IMG/VR virus record: IMGVR_UViG_3300028073_000008
Span: 1 to 64,000 of that record
Reading direction: 5' to 3' (one strand)
Source: a virus
Length of the DNA stretch: 64,000 nucleotides
This document shows positions 49,694 to 58,887 of the stretch, in pieces. Position 1 is the first letter of the stretch. Every line of letters begins with the position of its first letter. The translations under genes were made by a program, and so were the position numbers. Under the pieces are notes generated by a model. The model saw only the letters and a list, made by a program, of their open reading frames with translations. It was not told the DNA's origin and did no database searches.

Positions 49694-50523
49694 AGATTAG
49701 CTTTCCACCCAAAAAGGGCCGTCTTTGCGTTCTTGCGCAATATGTCGGTCCTTTCTTGTGATCGCTTCTCGCTCAATTCTTTTTTGATAAACTCTGGATC
49801 TAGGATAGTTTTCTCTGTCAAAATACCTTGTATGAATCCTTCAGTGACATCTAACGGAACGCCGTTTGTAAATGTATCAAATAACTTTTGTGCGAACACT
49901 TCGTGATTGCTAAGACACATGTGATTAAATCTAGGATCAAACATCTTGATCACTCTGTTATAATCATCACCGTCTTTGATATTTGGTATTTCTTTGAAGC
50001 TTACACATTCGGTTAGATCGCCCGTACCGAATATGATATGTTCATATTCTTTTGCTATAAAGTAATCCTGCTTGTGGGCGTTGATAACTATAGGTCTACG
50101 CCATTTGCGGAAGTATGTATTGTAAGCCAACCATCCCAATCTGTTTTCTACTTCTGTACTATCTAATAAAGGACGTTGTATGTGTTTATCCCACAGTTCT
50201 CCGGCCTTGGCCAGATCCCAAGATACCTTGCCTTCTCTAGCATAGACATGTAGGTGCGCGGGTTTACCGATAGAAGGGTCATCGTGTACGTACCATTTAC
50301 GAGCAGGATGCGTCATTACGATGACCTGATAATCATCGGGTTGTATTTCTTTACACAACGCATGTTGCGCAGCAAAAGTATATTCTTGGCTGCTGCCTAA
50401 CACACCATAATTTCTAACTTCAGTGATACCTAATTTAGTCGCCAACAGTCCCGGCCAGCAATTCATCTCTCCTTTTGTCTCGAAGTTGACAAAACTATCT
50501 CCCCACACCCACAATCTACTCAT
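49690..50523 (-). CDS. SGNH/GDSL-like hydrolase-fold protein (paralog 2)
   Basis: WVWGDSF, RFNHMCLSNH. Confidence 0.65.
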   Translation of the reverse strand: MSRLWVWGDSFVNFETKGEMNCWPGLLATKLGITEVRNYGVLGSSQEYTFAAQHALCKEIQPDDYQVIVMTHPARKWYVHDDPSIGKPAHLHVYAREGKVSWDLAKAGELWDKHIQRPLLDSTEVENRLGWLAYNTYFRKWRRPIVINAHKQDYFIAKEYEHIIFGTGDLTECVSFKEIPNIKDGDDYNRVIKMFDPRFNHMCLSNHEVFAQKLFDTFTNGVPLDVTEGFIQGILTEKTILDPEFIKKELSEKRSQERTDILRKNAKTALFGWKANL

Positions 50524-51347
50524 TTTCTTAACCCTAACTTTTCTGCCCAGGGCACACGGAATTCGTTTTTGCTCTGTTTGAATACTTCTACCCTAGCTTT
50601 ACATAATTCATTTTCTACAAATGTTGAATCGTCTATACGAGACCTATCTATGATGTCTGCGATAAATCCTGTGGTTAGATCTATATCTTTTCCTTCGGTC
50701 ATATATGATTTTATCTTATCAGCTAGTATAGCATGATTGGATAAGCACATATGATTGTACCTGACATCTCTACCTTTGAATAATGAACTACGAAACTCGT
50801 AGGTTTTAGGTCCTATAGGTTCGCCGTCGGCTATATCATTTAGACAACCGTTAGCAAAAGTTAAACCAGGATATAACGAACGATCTTCTATAAATTGATC
50901 AAAGGCTAACAGGATAATAGGTTTGCGCCATCCATGTATAGTAACCATATGATTCAACCAACCTAGCCTATGTTCTAATTGTAGACTGTCTAGTTGCATT
51001 CTCTGTATATGTTTGATATAAAGTTCTGCTGCTTTAAGTCTTTCTGGTTCGATTACTTTGTCAATGTCCGCGATATGGATATTAGTCGCTCCAGGTCTAT
51101 CTTCAAAAAACCAATATCTGCTAGGATGTGTAAGTACAATTAGTAACTGATCATCTTTGGTAAGATTTGGACGGAGTCTGTTTATACCCTCCCATGACCA
51201 ATCTTGGCTAACGCCTGCTTGGCTGTAGTTCTTTAGCGTATAGCCGAGATCATTGGCTACTTTGTAAAACCATACATTTGGATTGTCGTCGTCGGGCTCT
51301 GAAAAACTGAAACTGTCTCCAGTGACCCATAATGTTGAATTAGGCAT
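50520..51347 (-). CDS. SGNH/GDSL-like hydrolase-fold protein (paralog 1)
   Basis: WVTGDSF, RYNHMCLSNH. Confidence 0.65.
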   Translation of the reverse strand: MPNSTLWVTGDSFSFSEPDDDNPNVWFYKVANDLGYTLKNYSQAGVSQDWSWEGINRLRPNLTKDDQLLIVLTHPSRYWFFEDRPGATNIHIADIDKVIEPERLKAAELYIKHIQRMQLDSLQLEHRLGWLNHMVTIHGWRKPIILLAFDQFIEDRSLYPGLTFANGCLNDIADGEPIGPKTYEFRSSLFKGRDVRYNHMCLSNHAILADKIKSYMTEGKDIDLTTGFIADIIDRSRIDDSTFVENELCKARVEVFKQSKNEFRVPWAEKLGLRK

Positions 51348-51431
51348 AATCTAATTTATGCTTTAGAAATTTTACGTTCAAAGATCTAGGTTTTATGTGT
51401 GCTAAATATTCTAGCATTATGGATTCTACGT

Positions 51432-51584
51432 ATGAAACTTAAAACTTCTGTGATTATCTTGATATCAAGTATATTACTATCCGGCTGCGCAGGCATACGT
51501 TTCTGCGAAAAAGAAGAATCATCTAAAACTGGTTGTCGTCCTTGGGATCCTGCTACGAGATCAGGGGGGTCAGTTAGATCATGA
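51432..51584 (+). CDS. Small lipoprotein coupled to the cyclase gene
   Basis: Lipobox LSGC; TAAATA 51403; ATGA overlap. Confidence 0.6.
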   Translation: MKLKTSVIILISSILLSGCAGIRFCEKEESSKTGCRPWDPATRSGGSVRS

Positions 51585-53650
51585 AAAAGTTTCTAAAAAA
51601 TATTTTATTATCGCCATGGACAGCATTGCTAACATTGGCCCTTGTATTAAGTATAAGAATTACTGATCCTGCCTTTGTAGAAAGTATAAGACTACGTTAT
51701 TTTGATACTCTGATAGCGGCCAAAGAACCGACAGTTAATAATATCTTCACAGTAAATATCGACGAAGCAGCATTAGACAAATATGGACAGTGGCCTTTAC
51801 CTAGAGCAGAATATGCCAAAATCATACGAGATCTATACCAGAGGGGAGCAGGTCTTGTGGTACTTAATGTACTCATGCCAGAACCGGACCGTACAGGTGG
51901 TGACGGTGCGCTGGGTCAAGCTCTAAAAGAATTTCCTGTAGTGCTAGGATCTGCTCCTAGCCAAAAGACTAAAAATACTCCTAAAGTTCCCGGCAGTGCT
52001 GTACTCAATCCAGAATGGTTAGATCAGATTGTACAATATCCTGGATTGATAGCCAACGTTCCGCAAATAGAACAAAACGCTGCTGGAGTGGGTATCACTA
52101 ATACACTGCCAGAGATAGATGGTGTTAACCGTAGGATACCATTGATAGTCGCAGTAGACGATAAATTGTATCCAGGATTATCTTTAGAAACTCTGCGTGT
52201 AGCTACAGGCAATGATACATTCCAGGTTAAATTGTTCGAAGGCGGAGTTGAAAAAATGCGCTTGCCGGGAGATATCGGTATCATACCTACAGATAATTTA
52301 GGCCGTGTATGGATAGATTGGAGTCAAAAATCTCAGTCAATGAGTCTTTCTGATGCCATGTCTATAAAAACGTTCGAAGGTGCTATAGTAGTTTTAGGAC
52401 CAACCGCAGCTGGCATAGGCAATCCTGTGCCTACTAGTATAGGTGCTGTGTTTCCTCACGAAGTACAGGCTGCTGTCATCGGCACTATGATCAATAAAAC
52501 AAACATACAGCGACCTGATTGGGCAGACGGAGCAGAGATACTTACATTGGCCTTGTTGGGATTGATAATCATTGGAATGTCGAGGTGGACTTATGTGGGT
52601 ATTTTTACAACTGTTGGTGGTATCGCTGCCGTTGTTTTTGCCAGTCGTTATGGTTTCACTAACTACCAAATCTTGGGAGACGCGACGGCAAGCACAGCTG
52701 GCCTTGTGCTCGTGGCTCTTCATACTTATGGGATTAAGTTTATAAGCGAGTTTTTACAAAAGCAACAGATCAAGAAACAATTCGGCACTTATCTTAGCCC
52801 AGACCTTGTGGCAAGACTACAACGTCAACCAGAACTACTACAGCTAGGAGGTGATAGCCGTGAACTGTCAATCATGTTTACAGATGTTAGAGGATTTACT
52901 AGTATTTCTGAACACTACGGTAAAGATGTTCAAGGACTTACTAAGATCATGAATCGTTATATGACTGCCATGACTAAAAAGATTCTAGAAAATCATGGCA
53001 CGTTAGACAAGTACATCGGAGACGCACAGATGGCGTTCTGGAATGCTCCGTTGGATAATGCTAAACACGCCAAAGATGCTGTAAAGACAGCTTTAGAAAT
53101 GTTAGGAAGTCTCGATGAGTTTAATAGAGAAATCAAAGAAGAAGGTGTCCCACCTTTTGGTATGGGGCTGGGAATTAATACTGATGTTGTCGTGGTTGGC
53201 AATATGGGCAGCGATCAGCGGTTTGACTATACTTGCCTTGGTGATGGAGTCAACCTTGCGTCAAGGTTAGAAGGACAGAGCAAGCCTTACCATGTTGCTA
53301 TGGTTATAGGACCTAAGACACACGAATATGTCAAAGATGAATACTATTGCCTAGAACTAGATTGTCTAGCTGTCAAAGGCAAGCACGAAGGAGTTAATGT
53401 TTATACAGTGTTGGGTCGTATAGACGAATTAAAAATCCCATTATCAGACACACAGATGCACGCTGCCATGTTACATCTATACAGAAATCAAAACTTCGTA
53501 AGAGCTATTACATTCTGTAAAGATCTCAAAGGTCGTTTCAACGGAGCGATGGATGGGTACTACGATATGTGGATAGAACGCTGCGAGGAGATGAAAGATG
53601 CAGGACTACCAAAAGATTGGGACGGAGTATTTAGGACTAATACAAAGTAA
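51581..53650 (+). CDS. CHASE2-domain transmembrane class III adenylate cyclase
   Basis: GQWPLPR (CHASE2), TM helices, FTDVRGFT, DKYIGD, DYTCLGDGVNLASRLEG. Confidence 0.93.
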   Translation: MKKFLKNILLSPWTALLTLALVLSIRITDPAFVESIRLRYFDTLIAAKEPTVNNIFTVNIDEAALDKYGQWPLPRAEYAKIIRDLYQRGAGLVVLNVLMPEPDRTGGDGALGQALKEFPVVLGSAPSQKTKNTPKVPGSAVLNPEWLDQIVQYPGLIANVPQIEQNAAGVGITNTLPEIDGVNRRIPLIVAVDDKLYPGLSLETLRVATGNDTFQVKLFEGGVEKMRLPGDIGIIPTDNLGRVWIDWSQKSQSMSLSDAMSIKTFEGAIVVLGPTAAGIGNPVPTSIGAVFPHEVQAAVIGTMINKTNIQRPDWADGAEILTLALLGLIIIGMSRWTYVGIFTTVGGIAAVVFASRYGFTNYQILGDATASTAGLVLVALHTYGIKFISEFLQKQQIKKQFGTYLSPDLVARLQRQPELLQLGGDSRELSIMFTDVRGFTSISEHYGKDVQGLTKIMNRYMTAMTKKILENHGTLDKYIGDAQMAFWNAPLDNAKHAKDAVKTALEMLGSLDEFNREIKEEGVPPFGMGLGINTDVVVVGNMGSDQRFDYTCLGDGVNLASRLEGQSKPYHVAMVIGPKTHEYVKDEYYCLELDCLAVKGKHEGVNVYTVLGRIDELKIPLSDTQMHAAMLHLYRNQNFVRAITFCKDLKGRFNGAMDGYYDMWIERCEEMKDAGLPKDWDGVFRTNTK

Positions 53651-53824
53651 TCCGTTTTATCAGTTATGGGAACATCAAATTTGTAATACGATTGATTTGG
53701 CTGTTTGGTTTATGTTACAATCGTATTTCTTCTTTCCTTATGTCGTAAGTAAACAAGACGATTGGGGTAAGTGGATTTCTATTTCTAGCCTTAATGGGTT
53801 GAAAGGCAATATCTGTAGACCAAG

Positions 53825-54124
53825 TTAAGAAGCTTTCTTTTCTTCTTCGACTTCGTTGATTTTCTTTTCAGCTTCTACACGCTCATGATCTATAGTCTTA
53901 CCTCTAAGGTGTAGGACTACATCTACTTTCTGATTGAGCCTAATAAGATCATTATCTAACATACGGATACGATCTATTAGAGCTATCAACACAGTATTAG
54001 CATTGCTCAGGACCGGCTTGACTTCTTTCGTGGCCCATGTCCAGACGTAATATATCATATAGCCCATGCCACCTGCTGCTACTATCGGAAAACCATACTT
54101 GTTGATTAGCTCTACTAAATCCAT
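53825..54124 (-). CDS. Small membrane protein, paralog of 54868-55149
   Basis: YGFPIVAAGG; LIDRIRMLDNDLIRL. Confidence 0.7.
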   Translation of the reverse strand: MDLVELINKYGFPIVAAGGMGYMIYYVWTWATKEVKPVLSNANTVLIALIDRIRMLDNDLIRLNQKVDVVLHLRGKTIDHERVEAEKKINEVEEEKKAS

Positions 54125-54133
54125 AACTCTACC

Positions 54134-54667
54134 TCAAATGAATAAGAAATATCCTTGTGCTAACAAAGCAGCACCTAGAGCACCTACCCATATGCTGGCT
54201 TTGAACATGCGATTATCTACAGCCAAGATACTGGCAGACAATAGCACGATAGCCAATTGAAACAGCATACCAGAAAATGTTAACCAAGGACCATGTGCTC
54301 TGGCCGCATCTCGTTCTGCTTCTAATTGTTTAGCTTTGGCTAATAGCTCTTTCTTGCCTTCGCCTGTTAGTGGATCGCTTTCATAGCGATCAATCTTGGC
54401 CTGTAGTTGATCTATTCTAGACTTGTTACCTACTTGTCTAGCATCTTCTAATTGGCCTTCTGCTATGCTCTGTTTGATGCTCTTGGCTTGATAAAAGCCA
54501 TAGGTGTTAGTTGCTTGTAAAAGTTTAGTCTGTGCTGTACCACTGAATCCGTTAGCTAGATAAGTGTTACCCGCTAGGAACAGGGCCATGATAACGATGA
54601 CTAATCCTGCTTTATCTTTGATAGCAGCTTCTCTTTCGCTGCGCGATGGCTTTTTTACTTCTTCCAT
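54134..54667 (-). CDS. DUF4337-like membrane protein
   Basis: YGFYQAKSIK; FQLAIVLLSASIL. Confidence 0.75.
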   Translation of the reverse strand: MEEVKKPSRSEREAAIKDKAGLVIVIMALFLAGNTYLANGFSGTAQTKLLQATNTYGFYQAKSIKQSIAEGQLEDARQVGNKSRIDQLQAKIDRYESDPLTGEGKKELLAKAKQLEAERDAARAHGPWLTFSGMLFQLAIVLLSASILAVDNRMFKASIWVGALGAALLAQGYFLFI

Positions 54668-54669
54668 TA

Positions 54670-54867
54670 TCAGTCCTTTCTATAGGCTTCTTCGCCTTCT
54701 TTGATAAATTTTACTAACGGATCTACTTTCCTCAAGATCTGTCTCCCGTTGACATTGATCAGTTGAAAATAATCTCCACCCTTCCATCCTAGAGCATCAG
54801 AGTTAAACTCTTCGTCTAGGATAATTCCATTTGGGCTCACATCCCAATTGTAGTCTATGTATAGCAT
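54670..54867 (-). CDS. Small hypothetical protein
   Basis: LGWKGGDYF; within minus-strand operon. Confidence 0.6.
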   Translation of the reverse strand: MLYIDYNWDVSPNGIILDEEFNSDALGWKGGDYFQLINVNGRQILRKVDPLVKFIKEGEEAYRKD

Positions 54868-55149
54868 TTAGTCCCTTCTGGCATCATTTTTACCGTCTGC
54901 TCTAGCGATCCTGTTAATATCAGGTTTGAGACCCAATGCGTTAGATACGACAGTGTCTATTCTTATGACATCATGATTCATAGTCTTGACACGGTTGTCT
55001 AGAGCTGTGATGATTCCAGCTAGGCCCTGTACAGAACCCATAACACCTGCCAAAATAAACTTTAGTGTTAGAAAAATGAAATAGCCGCCCGCACAAGCTG
55101 CTGCTATTGGAAATCCTACTTCTGCTACTAATTTGAAAAATTCTGTCAT
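54868..55149 (-). CDS. Small membrane protein
   Basis: GGAG SD; VGFPIAAA; LDNRVKTMNHDVIRID. Confidence 0.7.
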   Translation of the reverse strand: MTEFFKLVAEVGFPIAAACAGGYFIFLTLKFILAGVMGSVQGLAGIITALDNRVKTMNHDVIRIDTVVSNALGLKPDINRIARADGKNDARRD

Positions 55150-55178
55150 GTTCTCGCTCCGTACATGGTATTTATTAA

Positions 55179-55207
55179 TTGACAAGCCCAAAATACGAAG
55201 CTATAAT
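55179..55207 (+). promoter_or_regulatory. Sigma70-type promoter (consensus)
   Basis: TTGACA-N17-TATAAT. Confidence 0.8.
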
Positions 55208-55235
55208 AGTAGCATATATTAAATACGGATACCCT

Positions 55236-55811
55236 ATGAAAAACGAACTAGATAACTATCTCTGTCAGACTTATCCCAAGATTTTTGCGGATAGACACAA
55301 GCCCATGACTGAGACTTGTATGTGCTGGGGATTTGAATGCGGTGACGGTTGGTTCAATATCCTCAACCATCTGTGTTCTAACATACAGCATCATATCGAT
55401 TGGTCCATTAAAAACAATCAGTGGGATCAAGATTGGAATGATGCTGTACACGCAGGACTAGCTGGTAATCTAGAACCTCTAGAAAAGCGATTTGGATCGT
55501 TTGTTAATGCTGATGAACGTATCCAAGAAGCACTAGAAAATGGTGTCCGTACAGTCAGGCCAGTTATTCCTCAAGTAATAGCACAGCAGGTCAAAGAAAA
55601 GTTTGGTACTTTGCGTTTCTATTATCAAGGAGGCGACGACTACATCAACGGGTTAGTTGCTATGGCCGAAAGCCTAAGCGGTAATACCTGCGAAACTTGC
55701 GGCAAGCCAGGACACAGGACTAGTGGTGGTTGGATCAAGACTGCGTGTGTAGAACACGGTGGTAAAGATCTAACCGAAGAAGACTATCTTAAACAAGGTT
55801 TCGAAGGATGA
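55236..55811 (+). CDS. Phage protein with C-terminal zinc ribbon
   Basis: ECGDGW, QVKEKFGTLRFY, CETCG...C..H. Confidence 0.75.
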   Translation: MKNELDNYLCQTYPKIFADRHKPMTETCMCWGFECGDGWFNILNHLCSNIQHHIDWSIKNNQWDQDWNDAVHAGLAGNLEPLEKRFGSFVNADERIQEALENGVRTVRPVIPQVIAQQVKEKFGTLRFYYQGGDDYINGLVAMAESLSGNTCETCGKPGHRTSGGWIKTACVEHGGKDLTEEDYLKQGFEG

Positions 55812-56608
55812 AAATAAAATTAGTATCAGATCTACATCTTGAGTTTTCCGATATAAACATCAAGAACGACAACGACTACGATGTGCTCATCCTAGGCGGC
55901 GATATCCTTGTGGCTGAATATCTCAAGAGAGAAAACGGAGAGCGAGGCAAACGTTTTCATGATTTCCTCAAGCGTGTGAGCTTTCAGTTTCCGCACGTAG
56001 TCTATGTTGCCGGTAACCACGAGTTTTACAATGGCAAGTTTTATGACTGCCTTGATATATTAGAAAGTCTTAAAGACCTTTATCCTAACATCTACTTCTT
56101 GGAAAATGGTGCTAGGACTATAGGCGATGTGACTTTCATCGGCTGTACTCTTTGGACAGATATGAACAAGGCTGATCCACTTACACTGTTACATGTCAGC
56201 CAAATGATGAATGACTTTAGAGCTATCCGTAATGACAAGGCCGGATATCGTCCTTGGTCTACGGAGGACGCAGTAAGACGTCATAGACTCAGTCTTGAGT
56301 ACATCAGCGCAGTGGTAGCCGAAAAGCATGATCAAAAGTTCGTAGTGGTCGGACATCATAGTCCTAGCCATCAGAGCATACATCCACAGTATCATTACGA
56401 TCAGATCATGAACGGTGGATACCACAGCAACTTAGATGAGTTTATCTTAGATAGACCGCAGATTAAACTTTGGACACATGGTCATACCCATCATCCTTTC
56501 GATTATATGATCGGTGAGACTCGTATAGTATGTAACCCACGTGGCTATGAAGATGGCCACTACAGCGAGAACACAGGATGGGATCCAAATATAGTAATCG
56601 AAGTCTAG
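55808..56608 (+). CDS. Calcineurin-like metallophosphoesterase
   Basis: SDLHLE, GGDI, GNHE, HHSP, HGHTH, NPRGY. Confidence 0.9.
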   Translation: MKIKLVSDLHLEFSDINIKNDNDYDVLILGGDILVAEYLKRENGERGKRFHDFLKRVSFQFPHVVYVAGNHEFYNGKFYDCLDILESLKDLYPNIYFLENGARTIGDVTFIGCTLWTDMNKADPLTLLHVSQMMNDFRAIRNDKAGYRPWSTEDAVRRHRLSLEYISAVVAEKHDQKFVVVGHHSPSHQSIHPQYHYDQIMNGGYHSNLDEFILDRPQIKLWTHGHTHHPFDYMIGETRIVCNPRGYEDGHYSENTGWDPNIVIEV

Positions 56609-56853
56609 AAGATCAGATAGTCGAATCTCTAGGAAACGAAATGCGGAAAGAGATTGACTTTGAAGTCATGACTGGTCTCTTACAGGAACTAGGATGGCGC
56701 AAAGTCGTTCTCTCTCCCATGACGCACGAAAAAGGCGAAGCTATCGATCGTTGGGTCAAAGACAACTGTAAAGACCGTGTACACACTATGGGTTTGGTTT
56801 GGGTTTTCGAAAACGACAAAGAAGCCAATTGGTTTACTCTAAAATGGGCGTAA
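56578..56853 (+). CDS. Small protein, 'F.LKW' paralog family
   Basis: WVKDNC...WVFENDKEANWFTLKWA. Confidence 0.65.
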   Translation: MGSKYSNRSLEDQIVESLGNEMRKEIDFEVMTGLLQELGWRKVVLSPMTHEKGEAIDRWVKDNCKDRVHTMGLVWVFENDKEANWFTLKWA

Positions 56854-57243
56854 ATGAAAATACATCCTTGGCAAATAGATATGCTTGATAAAATGACAAA
56901 ATACAAAGGGCGCGGCATGGTACAGGTAACTGGTAGACAGATCGGTAAAAGCATGGTATCGGCATTAAACGCTGTCTTTCGTGATGTCTATTATCCACAG
57001 CTTACAGATATAGTGTTATCTGAAGGTAAAGTCTACGGTGCTAGATACTATACCGCACAGCCTATAGGCGGCAACTGGCACGAAATGACCGCATGGTGTT
57101 TAGAACATTTTGGTTCTTCTGGAAGCAACATGTGGGGAGAAGATAAGGCTCCCGAACCTGCTGAACGTTGGTATATGAATAATCGCAAGTTTTGGTTCCG
57201 CGATGAAATGGATCGTATGATTTTTGTGTTGAAGTGGAGATAA
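56854..57243 (+). CDS. Small protein, 'F.LKW' paralog family
   Basis: WCLEHF...FWFRDEMDRMIFVLKWR. Confidence 0.65.
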   Translation: MKIHPWQIDMLDKMTKYKGRGMVQVTGRQIGKSMVSALNAVFRDVYYPQLTDIVLSEGKVYGARYYTAQPIGGNWHEMTAWCLEHFGSSGSNMWGEDKAPEPAERWYMNNRKFWFRDEMDRMIFVLKWR

Positions 57244-57244
57244 C

Positions 57245-57526
57245 ATGAAAAAGAAAAGGCTATTGACAGATAGAGAAGGACAGTATCAATTGCCTTTTGG
57301 AATGATCGGATTATCTTGGTCGCGAACACGAGAACATCCTATCACTTTAGAATGCCAGGCTCTTTACGAAAACGGTGCCGTGACTATGACTGGACTTAGA
57401 GAAGAAACATTTGTAGAAATAGCCAACTGGTGTTCAGAACACAACTGCGGTAAACGCATGGCTTGGAACCAATTTCAATTCAAAAGTGAAAAACAAGTAA
57501 CTATGTTTTTGTTAAAATGGGCGTAA
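57245..57526 (+). CDS. Small protein, 'F.LKW' paralog family
   Basis: WCSEHNC...FQFKSEKQVTMFLLKWA. Confidence 0.65.
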   Translation: MKKKRLLTDREGQYQLPFGMIGLSWSRTREHPITLECQALYENGAVTMTGLREETFVEIANWCSEHNCGKRMAWNQFQFKSEKQVTMFLLKWA

Positions 57527-57768
57527 AAGTAGCTGACATCAGATCTATACTATCTACACGATCTCGCGCCACGTTTCCTTATAGGATTAATTTTGATACT
57601 GTGGGTTACGAAACTTTGCCGAAGATGAACAAGTGGTGCGAAGAACAGTGTAAAGGATTATGGAGAGCTCAATCAGTACATGCTCTTTACTGGCAGTTTG
57701 AAAATGATCACGATGCTACTATGTTTATGTTAAAATGGGCCAATGCTGAAGGGAACAAAATAAAATGA
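57517..57768 (+). CDS. Small protein, 'F.LKW' paralog family
   Basis: WCEEQC...WQFENDHDATMFMLKWA. Confidence 0.65.
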   Translation: MGVKVADIRSILSTRSRATFPYRINFDTVGYETLPKMNKWCEEQCKGLWRAQSVHALYWQFENDHDATMFMLKWANAEGNKIK

Positions 57769-58256
57769 ATATCTATGTCGACATGGACGATGTTGTAGCC
57801 GATTGGTTTGGCTATGCTAGAGAATATCTTAACGAACCTTTGTTCAAGGACGGAGACATACTGCCAGACGCTACTTGGCAAAAGCTCAAAGATGATCAAC
57901 GCATGTATAGCAAACTACCAGTCAAGGAAGGAGCATACCAATTGATCAATTGGTTAACTGCTTATGCTACAGAACATGCCTGTGGTCTATACTTCTTAAC
58001 TGCTATCCCCAAAGGCAACGACATGCCTTGGGCGCCAACTGACAAAATATTTTGGGCTAACAAATATTTTCCACAAGTGCCTGTATTCTTGGGACCATAC
58101 AGTTTCGACAAATGGGTTCGCTGCCAACCCGGAGATATCTTGATCGACGATCGCAAATCTAACTGTGAAGATTGGAAACGTGCCGGAGGCAGGGCACACA
58201 TGTATAGATCTTGGGAAGAATGTAAGCCATGGCTGGAAGAGACCCTTGGGGTGTAA
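57765..58256 (+). CDS. HAD-family 5'(3')-deoxyribonucleotidase-like protein
   Basis: YVDMDDVVAD, FLTA, K, ILIDDR. Confidence 0.85.
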   Translation: MNIYVDMDDVVADWFGYAREYLNEPLFKDGDILPDATWQKLKDDQRMYSKLPVKEGAYQLINWLTAYATEHACGLYFLTAIPKGNDMPWAPTDKIFWANKYFPQVPVFLGPYSFDKWVRCQPGDILIDDRKSNCEDWKRAGGRAHMYRSWEECKPWLEETLGV

Positions 58257-58264
58257 GCGATAGG

Positions 58265-58609
58265 ATGATCAACCATTGGCTACACGAATCGTGGTGTAGC
58301 CAAGATCCTGGCAGGATTCGATATCCTGTGATAAACAACTATATGCTTATAGATGACAAACTGTACGAAGTAAAAGAAATCACAGTACATGAGTTTACCA
58401 TGGGCGATGTAGAAGATCCTGATCTATATGCTGCCGAACCTTTATACAATTGGCAAAAAAGTGAACAAGGGCAATGGGTAATGAAAAATGCTCTCGAAAC
58501 CCCCAGTTGGTACAGGATGACGGACCATGTAGCATTTGGATACAAGTATGCCATACGTGCTAAATTCATAGGTCCAAAAATCACTGAGTGGTATCTTAAA
58601 TTCAAATGA
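58265..58609 (+). CDS. Hypothetical protein
   Basis: MGDVEDPDLYAAEPL; ends WYLKFK. Confidence 0.65.
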   Translation: MINHWLHESWCSQDPGRIRYPVINNYMLIDDKLYEVKEITVHEFTMGDVEDPDLYAAEPLYNWQKSEQGQWVMKNALETPSWYRMTDHVAFGYKYAIRAKFIGPKITEWYLKFK

Positions 58610-58839
58610 AAGTAGTTGCCTATGGTCAACTTAATCTTTTAGACGATCAACGACTGATGTCGTTGCTCGATACATATCATCCAATAAAGTCTTTCGATGA
58701 TCAATTTCCAGAAAAATTAGTTTGGTGTTTGGAACACTGTAATAGCAAATTTAGAGATATCAAAGATGAAAATTATCGAATTTGGTATTTCCAAAATGAG
58801 CATGATGCTACTATGTTTGCTATGCGATGGGCTTCTTGA
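58606..58839 (+). CDS. Small protein, 'F.LKW' paralog family
   Basis: WCLEHC...WYFQNEHDATMFAMRWA. Confidence 0.65.
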   Translation: MKVVAYGQLNLLDDQRLMSLLDTYHPIKSFDDQFPEKLVWCLEHCNSKFRDIKDENYRIWYFQNEHDATMFAMRWAS

Positions 58840-58864
58840 CTTTTCAATTTAGCTGTGCTATAAT
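58836..58864 (+). promoter_or_regulatory. Sigma70-type promoter
   Basis: TTGACT-N17-TATAAT with TG extension. Confidence 0.75.
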
Positions 58865-58887
58865 ATAGAACACTTAAAGGAGTCTAT

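Noticed and set aside
53598-53828. 76-aa ORF after the cyclase
   Set aside because: Overlaps the cyclase end, no clear start or motif; too little support, though a short gene cannot be excluded
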